Shown: positions 1 through 9,644, counted from the first letter of the stretch. The stretch: DNA of 64,000 nt from Euryarchaeota archaeon RBG_13_57_23 (GCA_001800675.1 MGVW01000005.1:7493-71492), one strand, 5' to 3'. Made by a program: numbers and translations. The notes: generated by a model from the sequence alone, not told the origin.

Positions 1-165
1 TGTCTCACCCGTCTTCATGAACTGAATCACATGAACCCTCAGTCCGTGACCCAACGCCCTCATCGCGAGGCCGAAGGCGGCAGTTGTTTTCCCTTTGCCT
101 GGGCCGGTTATGAGGTGCACTTTGCCGAGCTCGTCCCGCATTCCTACCGGGCACCGGATGGGCAT
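1..165 (-). CDS. cobO: cob(I)yrinic acid a,c-diamide (corrinoid) adenosyltransferase, CobO/BtuR family; start is at 165 and the 3' part runs off the window start
   Basis: My minus-strand translation from ATG(165) is [55 protein letters not shown]. The P-loop GKGKTTAA and the LRVxxxQFxK motif are typical of the CobA/CobO N-terminus. This ORF is not in the track because it is truncated by the window edge. Confidence 0.7.
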   Translation of the reverse strand, partial: MPIRCPVGMRDELGKVHLITGPGKGKTTAAFGLAMRALGHGLRVHVIQFMKTGET

Positions 166-183
166 GCTACTAGAAAAACGGCT

Positions 184-702
184 CTAGCCCGACCCGCCCT
201 GGCTCGGGACTCGCCTGTTCTCGCTGGGGAGCGAGAACTCCCTCTCGAGCAGGCCGAGCTGTGTGGTCTCGAACGTCCTAGGGTCGATGGGGACGATCAA
301 GAAGGAGCCCGACATCGCCACCTCTTCGTTGGTCAACTGGATCGCCTTCATGACCGCGCCGAACCCGTTCTCTGTCACGAGGTATTCCAACCCGTCGAGC
401 AGAACCACAGCACCTGCGTTCGTCTTGATGAAATCCGATATGGTCCCATGGATCTTCATCAGCCTGGTGGGCTCAAGGCTTATGATGCCGCCCGTCGGCT
501 TCGACGCCTTCGCGATCCACATGATCGGGCAATCCACACCGTGCAACTGCTGGACTCGATTTGGGTGGCTACGGGTTATCACAAGACCCCTGTGACCCTC
601 GGCGAGGAGCCTCTTGAAGGCCGCATAGGCTCGTACGACCCCCTTGTCGGTGTAGAGGTACGAGCTTCCGCCCTTCAGGATTGGCTCCTCCGCGTCGTTC
701 AT
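184..702 (-). CDS. DUF835 domain protein (KaiC-associated)
   Basis: 172-aa ORF with a conserved DUF835-like core (LDGLEYLVTENGF...). It lies immediately downstream of a KaiC-like ATPase in the same orientation with a 9-nt gap. Confidence 0.7.
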   Translation of the reverse strand: MNDAEEPILKGGSSYLYTDKGVVRAYAAFKRLLAEGHRGLVITRSHPNRVQQLHGVDCPIMWIAKASKPTGGIISLEPTRLMKIHGTISDFIKTNAGAVVLLDGLEYLVTENGFGAVMKAIQLTNEEVAMSGSFLIVPIDPRTFETTQLGLLEREFSLPSENRRVPSQGGSG

Positions 703-711
703 AGCTCCTGT

Positions 712-1386
712 CTACCTCAGGCCAGCTTGGACTGCCAGGCCCTCGTCGGTTATGTCGATCAATTGTCTTCCAGTAGTGTGTTTCGTCCCTCTCATCTTGA
801 GGACCTCGAGGAACTTCCGCCTCACCTTCTCCTCCTCGGGGTATGAGAGCATTATCACACCATCGACCATGTAGGATTCCTGGCTGTGCGAGATATCGTC
901 GTACGACATTTCGGCCGTGACGATGGTCACGCAATTGAACGCCTTCAGGTATGCGAAGAGCTCGTGCATGAACTCCCTGGTCTCGCCCCTCCACTGCAAC
1001 ATGTCCGTCATGGGCGTGATCGGGTCGATCACTATCCTCTGGGGCTGGTACTGCTCGATCTTCTTCTTGATTATGTTCAGCATCTCGCTCGGGTTCTTGA
1101 GAAGAGTGGGGCCGATGTCGATGAAGCTCACCAAGCCCTTCTCGACCTGCTCCTGGTTGTAGAACGAGAAGGATGACAGGAATTTCTGGACGAGCCACTG
1201 TGGCTCGGATATGGCGGTGATGTAAAGGCCCTTCTCATTCCCCTTGGCCCCGTGGAACAGGCTCTGGACCGCGAAAGTCGTCTTGCCGGTACCAGGCTCT
1301 CCGGCGACGAGGATGGCTGCTGGGAACGGAAACCCACCTTGGAGCATGCCGTCGAGACCAGGGATGCCGGTCGTCTTGCGGGTCAT
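712..1386 (-). CDS. KaiC-like RecA-superfamily ATPase (single domain)
   Basis: Walker A GEPGTGKTTFAVQ and a Walker B-like VIDPITPM, preceded by an IPGLDGML motif. The start is refined to ATG at 1386 (MTRKTTGIPGLDGML); the track ORF extends to 1467 and overlaps the upstream gene. Confidence 0.85.
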   Translation of the reverse strand: MTRKTTGIPGLDGMLQGGFPFPAAILVAGEPGTGKTTFAVQSLFHGAKGNEKGLYITAISEPQWLVQKFLSSFSFYNQEQVEKGLVSFIDIGPTLLKNPSEMLNIIKKKIEQYQPQRIVIDPITPMTDMLQWRGETREFMHELFAYLKAFNCVTIVTAEMSYDDISHSQESYMVDGVIMLSYPEEEKVRRKFLEVLKMRGTKHTTGRQLIDITDEGLAVQAGLR

Positions 1387-1387
1387 T

Positions 1388-1795
1388 TCAGAGCACCTCG
1401 GTATCGATGACGAACACGCATCGGTCATCTCCCTTCGACACGCACTTCCGCTCGTGGCAGTAGACATCCTTCCCTGTGCGCTCCTCGAATACCTTGGCCA
1501 GTATGCCTCTCAACATATGGCATGTGGGGGAATCGGCGCTCGATGCCTCGACGGAGCCCACGACGGCGATCGTGTCGCCCTCGAACGATATGTCCGTGAC
1601 CCATCCTTCTTTGATGAGCACTTCTCGGACCCTGTTGAGCTCCGTGCCTGCAGACCTAAGGAGACTGTCACCGATTATGCGCCCACTCCTGTAGAACATG
1701 CCATGGGACGCAAAGGTCATGACGGTCTCAAACAAACGCTTGATCTCCAAGAGCTCTTCCCTGCGAAGCCTGATGCTGCGCTCTGGTTGCTCCAT
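1388..1795 (-). CDS. V4R-domain-like small protein with C-terminal Cys/His cluster
   Basis: 135-aa ORF. Its stop lies 1 nt from the KaiC start (TGAaATG), so it is the first gene of a V4R-KaiC-DUF835 operon. It has a C-terminal CH...C...C pattern. Confidence 0.55.
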   Translation of the reverse strand: MEQPERSIRLRREELLEIKRLFETVMTFASHGMFYRSGRIIGDSLLRSAGTELNRVREVLIKEGWVTDISFEGDTIAVVGSVEASSADSPTCHMLRGILAKVFEERTGKDVYCHERKCVSKGDDRCVFVIDTEVL

Positions 1796-1921
1796 AATAC
1801 CACCTGGTCGGGGTTGTCATCTATCTGTAAGTCGGGACTTATATCTTTTGGTTTGGGACTCTCCCCATGATATTGGCTGGCTTGGGCAGGTTAATCTACT
1901 TCCAGACTCTTTGGAGTCGTC

Positions 1922-2467
1922 GTGTTAGAGGTAGAGGTCAAGTATCGTTCCCCTGGGAACGACATTGTTGAGAAGACCTTGGCACGACTGGGGGCGAAGA
2001 AGATCTCCGACGGGGCCATGGAAGACCTCTATTTTGCGCATCCGATCAAGGATTTCGGCAAGAGCGACGAAGCCCTCCGGCTCAGGAAGACGGCGGACGG
2101 GGCAGAACTGACCTACAAAGGTGCGCGGATGGCGTTGGAGCACACCAAAGCAAGAGAGGAGGTCACGCTGAAGACGGACAACCCCCTTGCGATCCAACGG
2201 ATCTTAGAGAGGCTCGGTTTCAAAGAAGTCTATGTCGTTCGGAAGTCGCGCAGAACCTATCAGCTCGACAAGCTCAGGGTCGAAATCGACGATGTTGAGG
2301 GCTTGGGCGAGTTCGTCGAGCTCGAGATCATGACGGAGTCTCCCGAAAGGAGTGCAACGCTGATGGAGACTGCGAGGAAGGAGCTGGTCCTTGAGAAGAT
2401 CGAGCCCAAGACCTACCTGGAACTCCTGATCGAGAAAGGTCTATCCAAGGAAACAGATAAGAAATGA
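1922..2467 (+). CDS. CYTH-domain protein (class IV adenylyl cyclase / thiamine triphosphatase family, triphosphate tunnel metalloenzyme)
   Basis: The N-terminal EVEVKY signature is the hallmark ExExK of CYTH. GTG start at 1922; 181 aa. Confidence 0.8.
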   Translation: MLEVEVKYRSPGNDIVEKTLARLGAKKISDGAMEDLYFAHPIKDFGKSDEALRLRKTADGAELTYKGARMALEHTKAREEVTLKTDNPLAIQRILERLGFKEVYVVRKSRRTYQLDKLRVEIDDVEGLGEFVELEIMTESPERSATLMETARKELVLEKIEPKTYLELLIEKGLSKETDKK

Positions 2468-2538
2468 CTTCGAGGCGAGGCTTCCACCTCGCCCGTGGTT
2501 TCGGATACTGTCGCAATCCGCGCCCCATCGGGACGAAA

Positions 2539-2787
2539 TCAGAGTTTGTTTATTTTCTCCGTAACGAACGCCTTAATTACCGGGTCGTCGGGGATCGTTA
2601 TTGACTTCTTGTACTTCTCGCTTCCATCTGGAAGGAAGTAACCCCTGGACACCGAGATGAACTCGCTGACTCCTTCGTCGGTTATTGCCTTCTTTCGCGC
2701 CACCTCTAGGAAGTTGTTCTTCCCAAATGGGATCTTCTCAGCGCTCAGCGTCTCGAACTGTACCTTTGTTTCCTTCTCATCATCCAT
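2539..2787 (-). CDS. small conserved hypothetical protein (82 aa)
   Basis: Clean ORF with balanced composition (KIPFGKNNFLEVARKK...), divergent from the CPBP gene. No family assigned. Confidence 0.4.
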   Translation of the reverse strand: MDDEKETKVQFETLSAEKIPFGKNNFLEVARKKAITDEGVSEFISVSRGYFLPDGSEKYKKSITIPDDPVIKAFVTEKINKL

Positions 2788-2987
2788 TAGGTTGCCTCCA
2801 TGCGAAGTAGGCGGCCCTCGAATATTGTCTCTTAATATAAACGTTCGTTACTGATTCGAGCGCCGGAACGACGAAATGCCTCATCTGGACGTGGGTGCAA
2901 GTCGCGAATTCAATGTCTGCAGAAACGATCCGACGAGAGACGTTTCCCACAGGAATGAGATAATGTAATATAGAGACGAGAATCTAC

Positions 2988-4358
2988 TTGCGACCAGTGT
3001 CGGAATCTACTGTGCCCCAGCAAGTACCACCCTCTCAGGAGTTCTGCAGATTCTGCGGGGCTCAGATACCCCCGTCTGGCAACTACTGCTCCAGATGCGG
3101 GGCGATGAGCGGGCAAGCGATGCAATTGGGCATGCCGCCTGTCGGGAATCGACAGACATTCAGCTACATTAGACCCGTGAAGAAGGCCGATTTCCGGCTC
3201 GTCATCAAGACCATCTCCGCATTCATCATGCTCACATTCGTCGCGCAGCTCGCGCTGTCCCTCGGGACTCTGTTCTATGGGGTCAATCTGGTCGTTCCTG
3301 ACATCCTGGACACCTGGTCAGGGTTCACCTTATTCATTGTCGTGCCAGTGCTAGTAGAGCTCTTCACAATCTCTGGATACGTTCTGCTGGCATACTACAT
3401 GTTCTTGGTGTTCGCCATTTTCCTGAGCTGCGTCTGGATTCTGTTGACCAGCCTCCGACGATTCAAGGACGAACTCACAATGAAGGCAAAATCCCGCGAA
3501 CACAGCGCACTCTTTGATACGATAGGGCTTCTGTTCGCAACGGTGTTCTTCTCAGCAGTGATCGGCCTCATCGTGAATCCATCCCCTGAGGATATGCCGA
3601 GCACGGACTCGGTCTCGGAAATGCTTTTCCTGCTGGCCAACGCATCAGTCTGGGAAGAGATCATAGTGAGAGTCCTGTTCATCGGGCTGCCTCTGGTGTT
3701 CGTGGATCTCGTTAGGAGAACTCGCCAGAAACACTGGTACTCTTACGCAATCGGCGGCGGGATGTCCTTCGGAATTCCCGAGACGATCCTCATCGTGCTC
3801 TCAGCCTTGATCTTCGGGGTTGGCCATTTCACGGGTGGATGGGGTGCCTGGAAGATTCTGCCAGCCACGGTTGGAGGAATAGCGTTCGGCTACCTCTTCG
3901 TGAAGTTTGGAATTGCCGCTTCCATCATGATGCATTTCGGAACAGACTACCTGTCGATGCCCTCCGAGGTCACGGGGTCAACAGCGCTCCTTGTCTTGAC
4001 CGGGCTCGGAATCCTGATTTGGCTCGGAGTCGGCGCCGGGTTCTTCGTATACTACACCACAAGAATATTGGAGTTCCTGACCGGAAAGAGGTACTTCGGG
4101 CCAAGGCCGGAGCCTTATCCTCAGCCATGGGGGTATCCGCCCCTCTATATGCCAGTCCAATCGCAGTACCCTCCGCCACAGATTCATCCCATGATACCAC
4201 AACCGATTCCGGCCACCATGGAATACCACCCAATGCCCTACAATCAGCCGGTGCAGTCGTGGTTCACGGACGGATATGTGTGCCCCGCATGTGGACATAC
4301 GCAGGCGCGCTGGGTCAACGGAAGATTCCAGTGCATGAGATGCGGGAGACTATCATAG
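2988..4358 (+). CDS. CPBP-family (CAAX protease / Abi) intramembrane metalloprotease with N- and C-terminal zinc ribbons
   Basis: Multiple TM helices. CPBP motifs EEIIVRVLF (EExxxR) and FGVGHF (H motif). N-terminal CRFCGAQIPPSGNYCSRCGA and C-terminal CPACGHTQARWVNGRFQCMRCG, with a Pro/Gln/Tyr-rich linker. The start is a TTG at 2988 about 20 nt after a TATA-like AATGTAATATAG; the exact start is uncertain. Confidence 0.75.
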   Translation: MRPVSESTVPQQVPPSQEFCRFCGAQIPPSGNYCSRCGAMSGQAMQLGMPPVGNRQTFSYIRPVKKADFRLVIKTISAFIMLTFVAQLALSLGTLFYGVNLVVPDILDTWSGFTLFIVVPVLVELFTISGYVLLAYYMFLVFAIFLSCVWILLTSLRRFKDELTMKAKSREHSALFDTIGLLFATVFFSAVIGLIVNPSPEDMPSTDSVSEMLFLLANASVWEEIIVRVLFIGLPLVFVDLVRRTRQKHWYSYAIGGGMSFGIPETILIVLSALIFGVGHFTGGWGAWKILPATVGGIAFGYLFVKFGIAASIMMHFGTDYLSMPSEVTGSTALLVLTGLGILIWLGVGAGFFVYYTTRILEFLTGKRYFGPRPEPYPQPWGYPPLYMPVQSQYPPPQIHPMIPQPIPATMEYHPMPYNQPVQSWFTDGYVCPACGHTQARWVNGRFQCMRCGRLS

Positions 4359-5108
4359 AAGACGCTCAAGGATCCTCTTGCTCTCGGCTCCGCTCTCCAG
4401 ATCCGTCGCCTCGATTATGATATTGCCCTTGTAGGATCGCTTGAGCACAGAGACGACTTTGTCGAGATCCGCAGAGCCCTCGTCTATCCTGTTGTGCTGG
4501 TCCCACCGGCCTTCGTTATTGTGCAAATGGACGTTAGTGAACCTATCTGCCAGCTTCAGCATGTCCTCCAGCTGTCCCGTCGTGTTCGCGTGCCCCATGT
4601 CGAAGCATATCCCCAAGCCGGAACCCTCGACGACCCCGAGCAGTTCGCTAGCGTGCGTGCATGTGGCGTTGATGTTCGCTGGCATGTTCTCGACCGCTAC
4701 GGCGACGCCAAGGTCCTCCGCCGTCCGGGAAATATCCATGATCGAATCTCTGGTCTTGACGACCGCCCTATTCTTGTCGAGGAAGGCTATTCCCTGGACG
4801 AACCCTGGATGAATGGTGACCAAGGAGATCTCGAGCTGCCTGCAGAGGACAAGAGTCTGTTTTATCTCGTTTACCGCTGCGATCCTCATCGGCTCGTGAA
4901 CGCTACCAACGTTCACATCACTCAAAGGCGCATGCACTTGAAAATGTAAATTGAACGATTCGCGCGCGTGCTTGATGTCGCCCTTAATCAGTTCGAGCCG
5001 ATCCTCGCCTTCGGAAAGCAGCTCCCACAAATCGAAGTGTTTGGATATCTCCTCGAGCATGCCCAAGAAAGGAGTCTGGCAGAAAGTTGGAGAGCCAATG
5101 CCGATCAT
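4353..5108 (-). CDS. sugar phosphate isomerase/epimerase (xylose isomerase-like TIM barrel)
   Basis: 251 aa with the typical AP-endonuclease-2/xylose isomerase-like motifs (HAP...E.MP...H.H.N). Confidence 0.8.
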   Translation of the reverse strand: MIGIGSPTFCQTPFLGMLEEISKHFDLWELLSEGEDRLELIKGDIKHARESFNLHFQVHAPLSDVNVGSVHEPMRIAAVNEIKQTLVLCRQLEISLVTIHPGFVQGIAFLDKNRAVVKTRDSIMDISRTAEDLGVAVAVENMPANINATCTHASELLGVVEGSGLGICFDMGHANTTGQLEDMLKLADRFTNVHLHNNEGRWDQHNRIDEGSADLDKVVSVLKRSYKGNIIIEATDLESGAESKRILERLL

Positions 5109-5485
5109 GATGCATCCATCCTGCGGGTATCCGGCGCTACTGATTCGATGAGCGCGTCAATATCGTCCGATTCAAAGGTGACCTCGAGATCTCCAAGCGC
5201 GTGGCCTTCCTGGGAGAACGATACCTTGCCAACAGTCGCGACTTGTTTGTTGAGCCTGAAGATCGTGGCACCGTTGATGATACCTCGCCTGAGCACCGCG
5301 CGCGCAGCATCTCTGATTCGCTGTCTCTTGAGCAGCTCGGAGAACACCTCGATCGAAGAGGCGGTCGCGTGAATGGGATCGTCCCCCTCGACGATCGAAT
5401 CCGGGAAGATGCTCTTGATAGCATTCTCGACCTTGTCCCTGTTCTCAGTCGGATAACACCTTGCACTGAGCCGGACAATCAACAT
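5105..5485 (-). CDS. UPF0201/COG1931 archaeal RNA-binding-domain protein
   Basis: MLIVRLSARCYPTENRDKVENAI...LLKRQRIRDAARAVLRRGIINGATIFRLNKQ matches the MJ1564-type UPF0201 family. It has an ATGA overlap with the downstream isomerase gene. Confidence 0.65.
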   Translation of the reverse strand: MLIVRLSARCYPTENRDKVENAIKSIFPDSIVEGDDPIHATASSIEVFSELLKRQRIRDAARAVLRRGIINGATIFRLNKQVATVGKVSFSQEGHALGDLEVTFESDDIDALIESVAPDTRRMDAS

Positions 5486-5769
5486 GAGCCAGCCATGTTA
5501 GAAAAGATATTTAACTGTGCGTTTTCGCGTCGTTAAACCCATGCCAGCGGAGCGTTCGAACGAATCTCTCGCCCGTCCCCACAAACTCTTTGACATTTCT
5601 TCATGTGACAATCCCGGGAGGAACCTCACCATCAACAGTCCAGTAATTCGAGATAGCACGTCGAACAGCCGCTTGTCCTTTTGCTTGCCTTGTTCAACAT
5701 ACAAAGGCCCATATGGACGAATTGACATTGCGACCAAGGAGGAAGTGGTCCTGAGACAGAGGTGATATC

Positions 5770-6636
5770 ATGGCGGAGCTCTGGCTGTTGCTTGCGCTAG
5801 GGACGATGCTTATGTATGGCATCGGCCAGGTATTCCAGAAGATAGGGACGACTGGGAGCAATCCAACTACGATGATCCTGCTCACCGCTCTGGTCATGGG
5901 ACCGATATGGGGCGCATGGTACGTCATATTCAGAGATGATGTGAATCTGACAGTCTATTCCATCGTCGTACCCGTCGTCGGCGGCGTTCTGGGCATGGCG
6001 GGAAACATCTTCTTCTTTGAGGCTTTGGCGAGGGGCAACGTGAGCATCATCGGAACACTGGTTGCCGCCTATCCCTGCGTGACGGTGATAACCGCTTTCT
6101 TCCTCCTCGACGAGCGACTGACTGCGGTGCAGTACGCCGGCGTCGGACTGATAATTCTGGGGATTGTGGGCTTGTCGACGAGCCGGTCTGATTCTGTGCC
6201 ATCGGCATCGAAGCTCGGACTGATGCTCGCCATTGCCAGCTTTCTGGCCTTCGGTCTTGCCGGCGTCACTCTGAAGGAAGCCGTGAGAGTCGTCGGAAAC
6301 GATAACGCGATGGGGTTCTACGCGCTATTATACTCCGTTATCGGCGTCTCATATTGGGTCAGCAAGCGCAGAAGCCATCCTGAGCAATCGCTTACTGAGA
6401 TACCGAGGAAGGTTGTCGGAATCGGCGCCATTGGCCTTGCGTTCAGCGCGATTGGCGGTATTATGCTGATATGGGCGATGGTAGATGGCCCTGCGTCTGT
6501 CGTGATTGCCCTCTCAGGAGCCTATCCTGTGATCATGATCCTCCTAGCGCTCATGTTACTGAAAGAAAGAATCGCACTGCGGCAAGTCCCTGGGCTGCTT
6601 GCTGTCCTCGGGGGGTTGCCCCTTGTGTCACTCTAA
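5770..6636 (+). CDS. EamA/DMT-family membrane transporter
   Basis: 288 aa, about 10 TM helices, two EamA-like halves. Confidence 0.8.
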   Translation: MAELWLLLALGTMLMYGIGQVFQKIGTTGSNPTTMILLTALVMGPIWGAWYVIFRDDVNLTVYSIVVPVVGGVLGMAGNIFFFEALARGNVSIIGTLVAAYPCVTVITAFFLLDERLTAVQYAGVGLIILGIVGLSTSRSDSVPSASKLGLMLAIASFLAFGLAGVTLKEAVRVVGNDNAMGFYALLYSVIGVSYWVSKRRSHPEQSLTEIPRKVVGIGAIGLAFSAIGGIMLIWAMVDGPASVVIALSGAYPVIMILLALMLLKERIALRQVPGLLAVLGGLPLVSL

Positions 6637-6744
6637 GCCCTATAAGGACAGGACCCCGGCCGATTCTTAGTGCTTGTCCGCCGAATAACACGTGATTCCA
6701 CCTAATGAAAGATATTTAAAGACGTCCGCGCTAGGTTTGGCGAA

Positions 6745-8202
6745 ATGAAGAAGCGCATTTTGAAGGTCTTCCAGGATAAAGGGATCCTCGTCGACCCAGA
6801 CGCCATCGACGAGCTAACGGGTGCAAAGGACGCGATGAAGTGCGTGGATGCGATTCTCAGCGACCCCGAAAGGCCACTTGTTGTTACCAAGGCCGATGTC
6901 CAACACTATCTCACTTGCCAGCCAGTCAAGACGAGGGCCAAACCTCGGCCAAAAGTAGCTCCTGAGCCAAAGACTGCTTTGCCGACCTCAGAGGAGAAGC
7001 CCGCAGAGATCAGAATACTCAAGGACATCACCGGAGATTCGACCTGTGTCGGGAATGTCATCGATTTCGCGAAGCTGTTCAACGACCGGTTCCAGACCCT
7101 GAAGAAGATACTCGCCCGACGAAGAGAACTTGCAGGAATGATGTCAATAGACAGGGCGAGGAAGATACGGAAAGATGTTCGCTTCGTTGGCATAGTGAAC
7201 GACTCGCGGACGACCAAGAACGGCCACACGATGCTCGATGTCGAAGACGAGGACGACAGGATTCAGGTACTCATCATGAAGGGGTCCAAGAAAGGAATGG
7301 ATGCCTTCATCAAGGACGAGGTCCTTGGAATTGTGGGCTCCTTCAGCAAGGACGGGGAGCTGGTGGTGGCGAAGGAAGTCATCCGGCCAGAAGTGCCGAT
7401 GAACAACGCGATGGCACCGAACGGGTCGAATGCGATCGTCGCCTTCGTCTCCGACGTGCACGTGGGAAGCTCTGAGTTCCTACCTGATGCCTGGAATCGA
7501 TTCGTGACTTGGCTGAACAAAGATACGCTTGCGAAGGGCATCGCGTATATCGTCATGCCGGGGGACCTAGTGGACGGCATCGGAATCTACCCCGGGCAGG
7601 AAGACGAGCTGTCGATCGAGGATGTGTACGAGCAGTATCAGGAGTTCGCCAGGCTCGTGACCGCCATCCCGCAGAGGATCAAGATCGTCATGATGCCGGG
7701 CAACCACGATGCGGTTAGACTCGCGGAGCCCCAACCCGCCCTGCCCAAGGAGGTGAGCTCGATGTTCGACACACGAGTGACTTTCGTGGGCAACCCGTGC
7801 TACATGGAGATTGAGGGCAGGACGATCCTCGCGTACCACGGCAGGAGCATGGATGACTTCGCGGGCAACATCCCCAACATGTCCCAGATGCGACCTGGAG
7901 AGATCATGAGGGAGATGCTCCGGAGAAGACATTTGGCGCCAATATACGGCGACAGAACGGCCCTCGCGCCTGAGCAGAAAGACTATCTGGTGATAGACCG
8001 CGTACCTGACATCTTCGTCACGGGGCATGTCCACCGGTGCACAGTCGGGGAGTACCGTGGGGTGAAGATAATCAACGCATCCGCATGGCAGGGACAGACT
8101 GAGTATCAGCGGATGAGAAACCAGGTTCCGGAGCCGGCTAGGGTACCTATGGTCGACCTTGGCACTGGAGACACGTGGGTCGAGGACTTCTCGTCTTCGT
8201 AG
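6745..8202 (+). CDS. polB: DNA polymerase II (PolD) small subunit DP1, 3'-5' exonuclease
   Basis: Calcineurin-like phosphoesterase motifs (DVHVGS, GDLVDG, MPGNHD, GHVH) and an N-terminal region typical of archaeal DP1. Confidence 0.9.
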   Translation: MKKRILKVFQDKGILVDPDAIDELTGAKDAMKCVDAILSDPERPLVVTKADVQHYLTCQPVKTRAKPRPKVAPEPKTALPTSEEKPAEIRILKDITGDSTCVGNVIDFAKLFNDRFQTLKKILARRRELAGMMSIDRARKIRKDVRFVGIVNDSRTTKNGHTMLDVEDEDDRIQVLIMKGSKKGMDAFIKDEVLGIVGSFSKDGELVVAKEVIRPEVPMNNAMAPNGSNAIVAFVSDVHVGSSEFLPDAWNRFVTWLNKDTLAKGIAYIVMPGDLVDGIGIYPGQEDELSIEDVYEQYQEFARLVTAIPQRIKIVMMPGNHDAVRLAEPQPALPKEVSSMFDTRVTFVGNPCYMEIEGRTILAYHGRSMDDFAGNIPNMSQMRPGEIMREMLRRRHLAPIYGDRTALAPEQKDYLVIDRVPDIFVTGHVHRCTVGEYRGVKIINASAWQGQTEYQRMRNQVPEPARVPMVDLGTGDTWVEDFSSS

Positions 8203-8246
8203 ATTCCCGTGAGAGATTTGATATCCGACGACGGGAATTGACCGCC

Positions 8247-9644
8247 GTGAAAGACCTGGACATTTTCTTCAGACCGAAGTCCGTCGCCGTGATAGGTGCT
8301 ACCCCTAGCTCGGGGAAGATAGGGAACATCATAATCGAGAACCTCCTCGGAGAAGGCTACAAAGGGAAGATATACTTCGTGAACCCGAACTACAAGGAGA
8401 TCCTTGGGATACCTTGCTACTCATCTGTCATCGACTGTCCAGGGCCCGTTGACATGGCGGTGATCGTCGTTCCAGCGCTGCTCGTGCCCGATGTGATGGA
8501 GCAGGTCGGCAAAAAGGGCACCAAGGCGGCAACTGTCATCTCAGCAGGATTCTCGGAAGGCGGCGAGGAAGGGAAGGAGCGGGAGAAAGCCTTGTCCGAG
8601 ATTGCGGACAGGTACGGCATTCGATTCGTGGGACCGAACTCGCTCGGGGTGATCTCGCCACACTACAATCTGAACGCCTCATTCGCGCGCGCATCTCCAA
8701 TGGCGGGACCAATCGCATTCTTCTCTCAGAGCGGCGCGTTCTGCACCGCCGCGATTGAGTATTCCCTTGGAGAGATGTTTGGGTTCTCCGCATTCGTGAG
8801 CTCAGGCAACAAGGCCAATATCGATGACGCCGACCTCGTGACTTACTTCGCCAAGGATGCCAAGTCCAAGTGCATCGCAGCATACATGGAATCCACACGA
8901 CGGGGGAAGGATCTGTTCAAGGCACTGGACAAAGCCTCCAAGAAGAAGCCGATTGTGATTCTGAAAGCAGGCCGGTCAAAACGGGGAGCTAAGGCTGCGA
9001 GCTCTCACACGGGGGCGCTTGCTGGGTCGGATGCCTCCTTCGACGCCGTCTTCAAGCAGACGGGGGTCTACAGGGCGAAGACGATGTTCGAGCTGTTCGA
9101 CGCTGCCCAGGCCCTTGCACATCAGCCGCCTATGGTCGAGGACGGCATCGCGATAGTCACGAACGCAGGAGGCATGGGAGTGATCGCGACTGATTGCGCT
9201 GAGGATCTCGGGTTGGAGCTGTCAGAGCTGTCCAAGACCACTCTGGATGAGATTGGCAAGGTCTGTCCTCCTACCTGGAGCTGGGGCAACCCGGTCGACA
9301 TCATAGGAGATGCGGACACCGCGAGGTACGCGAATGTTCTGAAGGCGGTCGGGCAGGCGCCCGAGGTAAAAGGAATAATGGTCATAGCGGCGCGACAAGC
9401 AGCAACCAACCTCTACGAGATCGCCAAGTGGATAGCCATCACGGCGAAACTGAGTGGAAAGCCGACGGTCGCGTGCTTCGCCGGCATTGAGAATCCTGAG
9501 TCTGAGAACTTCCTGGACTCGAGAGGCATCCCCGTCATGCCAGTTCCCGAGAGGGCGGTTACTGCACTCCATGCGCTTCGGGTCAGAGGAAAGTACCTGT
9601 CCACGAAAGGGTTGCTCGACACTCCTCAACCGAACAGGTCCTGA
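8247..9644 (+). CDS. acdA: acetate--CoA ligase (ADP-forming) alpha subunit / CoA-binding domain protein
   Basis: FRPKSVAVIGATPSSGKIGN CoA-binding N-terminus and succinyl-CoA-synthetase-like fold motifs. The start is refined to GTG at 8247, after the polD stop. No beta subunit is adjacent. Confidence 0.75.
   Translation: MKDLDIFFRPKSVAVIGATPSSGKIGNIIIENLLGEGYKGKIYFVNPNYKEILGIPCYSSVIDCPGPVDMAVIVVPALLVPDVMEQVGKKGTKAATVISAGFSEGGEEGKEREKALSEIADRYGIRFVGPNSLGVISPHYNLNASFARASPMAGPIAFFSQSGAFCTAAIEYSLGEMFGFSAFVSSGNKANIDDADLVTYFAKDAKSKCIAAYMESTRRGKDLFKALDKASKKKPIVILKAGRSKRGAKAASSHTGALAGSDASFDAVFKQTGVYRAKTMFELFDAAQALAHQPPMVEDGIAIVTNAGGMGVIATDCAEDLGLELSELSKTTLDEIGKVCPPTWSWGNPVDIIGDADTARYANVLKAVGQAPEVKGIMVIAARQAATNLYEIAKWIAITAKLSGKPTVACFAGIENPESENFLDSRGIPVMPVPERAVTALHALRVRGKYLSTKGLLDTPQPNRS

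Noticed and set aside
31-846. 271-aa plus-strand ORF at the window start
   Set aside because: Antisense shadow spanning the well-conserved DUF835 and KaiC-like genes on the minus strand. Arg/Ala/Gly/Pro-rich composition typical of high-GC antisense frames.
1244-1870. 208-aa plus-strand ORF
   Set aside because: Antisense to the KaiC-like and V4R genes; low-complexity composition.
5486-5769. 284-bp intergenic region with small ORFs on both strands (5498-5737 minus, 5517-5765 plus)
   Set aside because: No SD or TATA support and no conserved features. A GTTCGAAC string does not fold as a tRNA. Likely a divergent-promoter region only.
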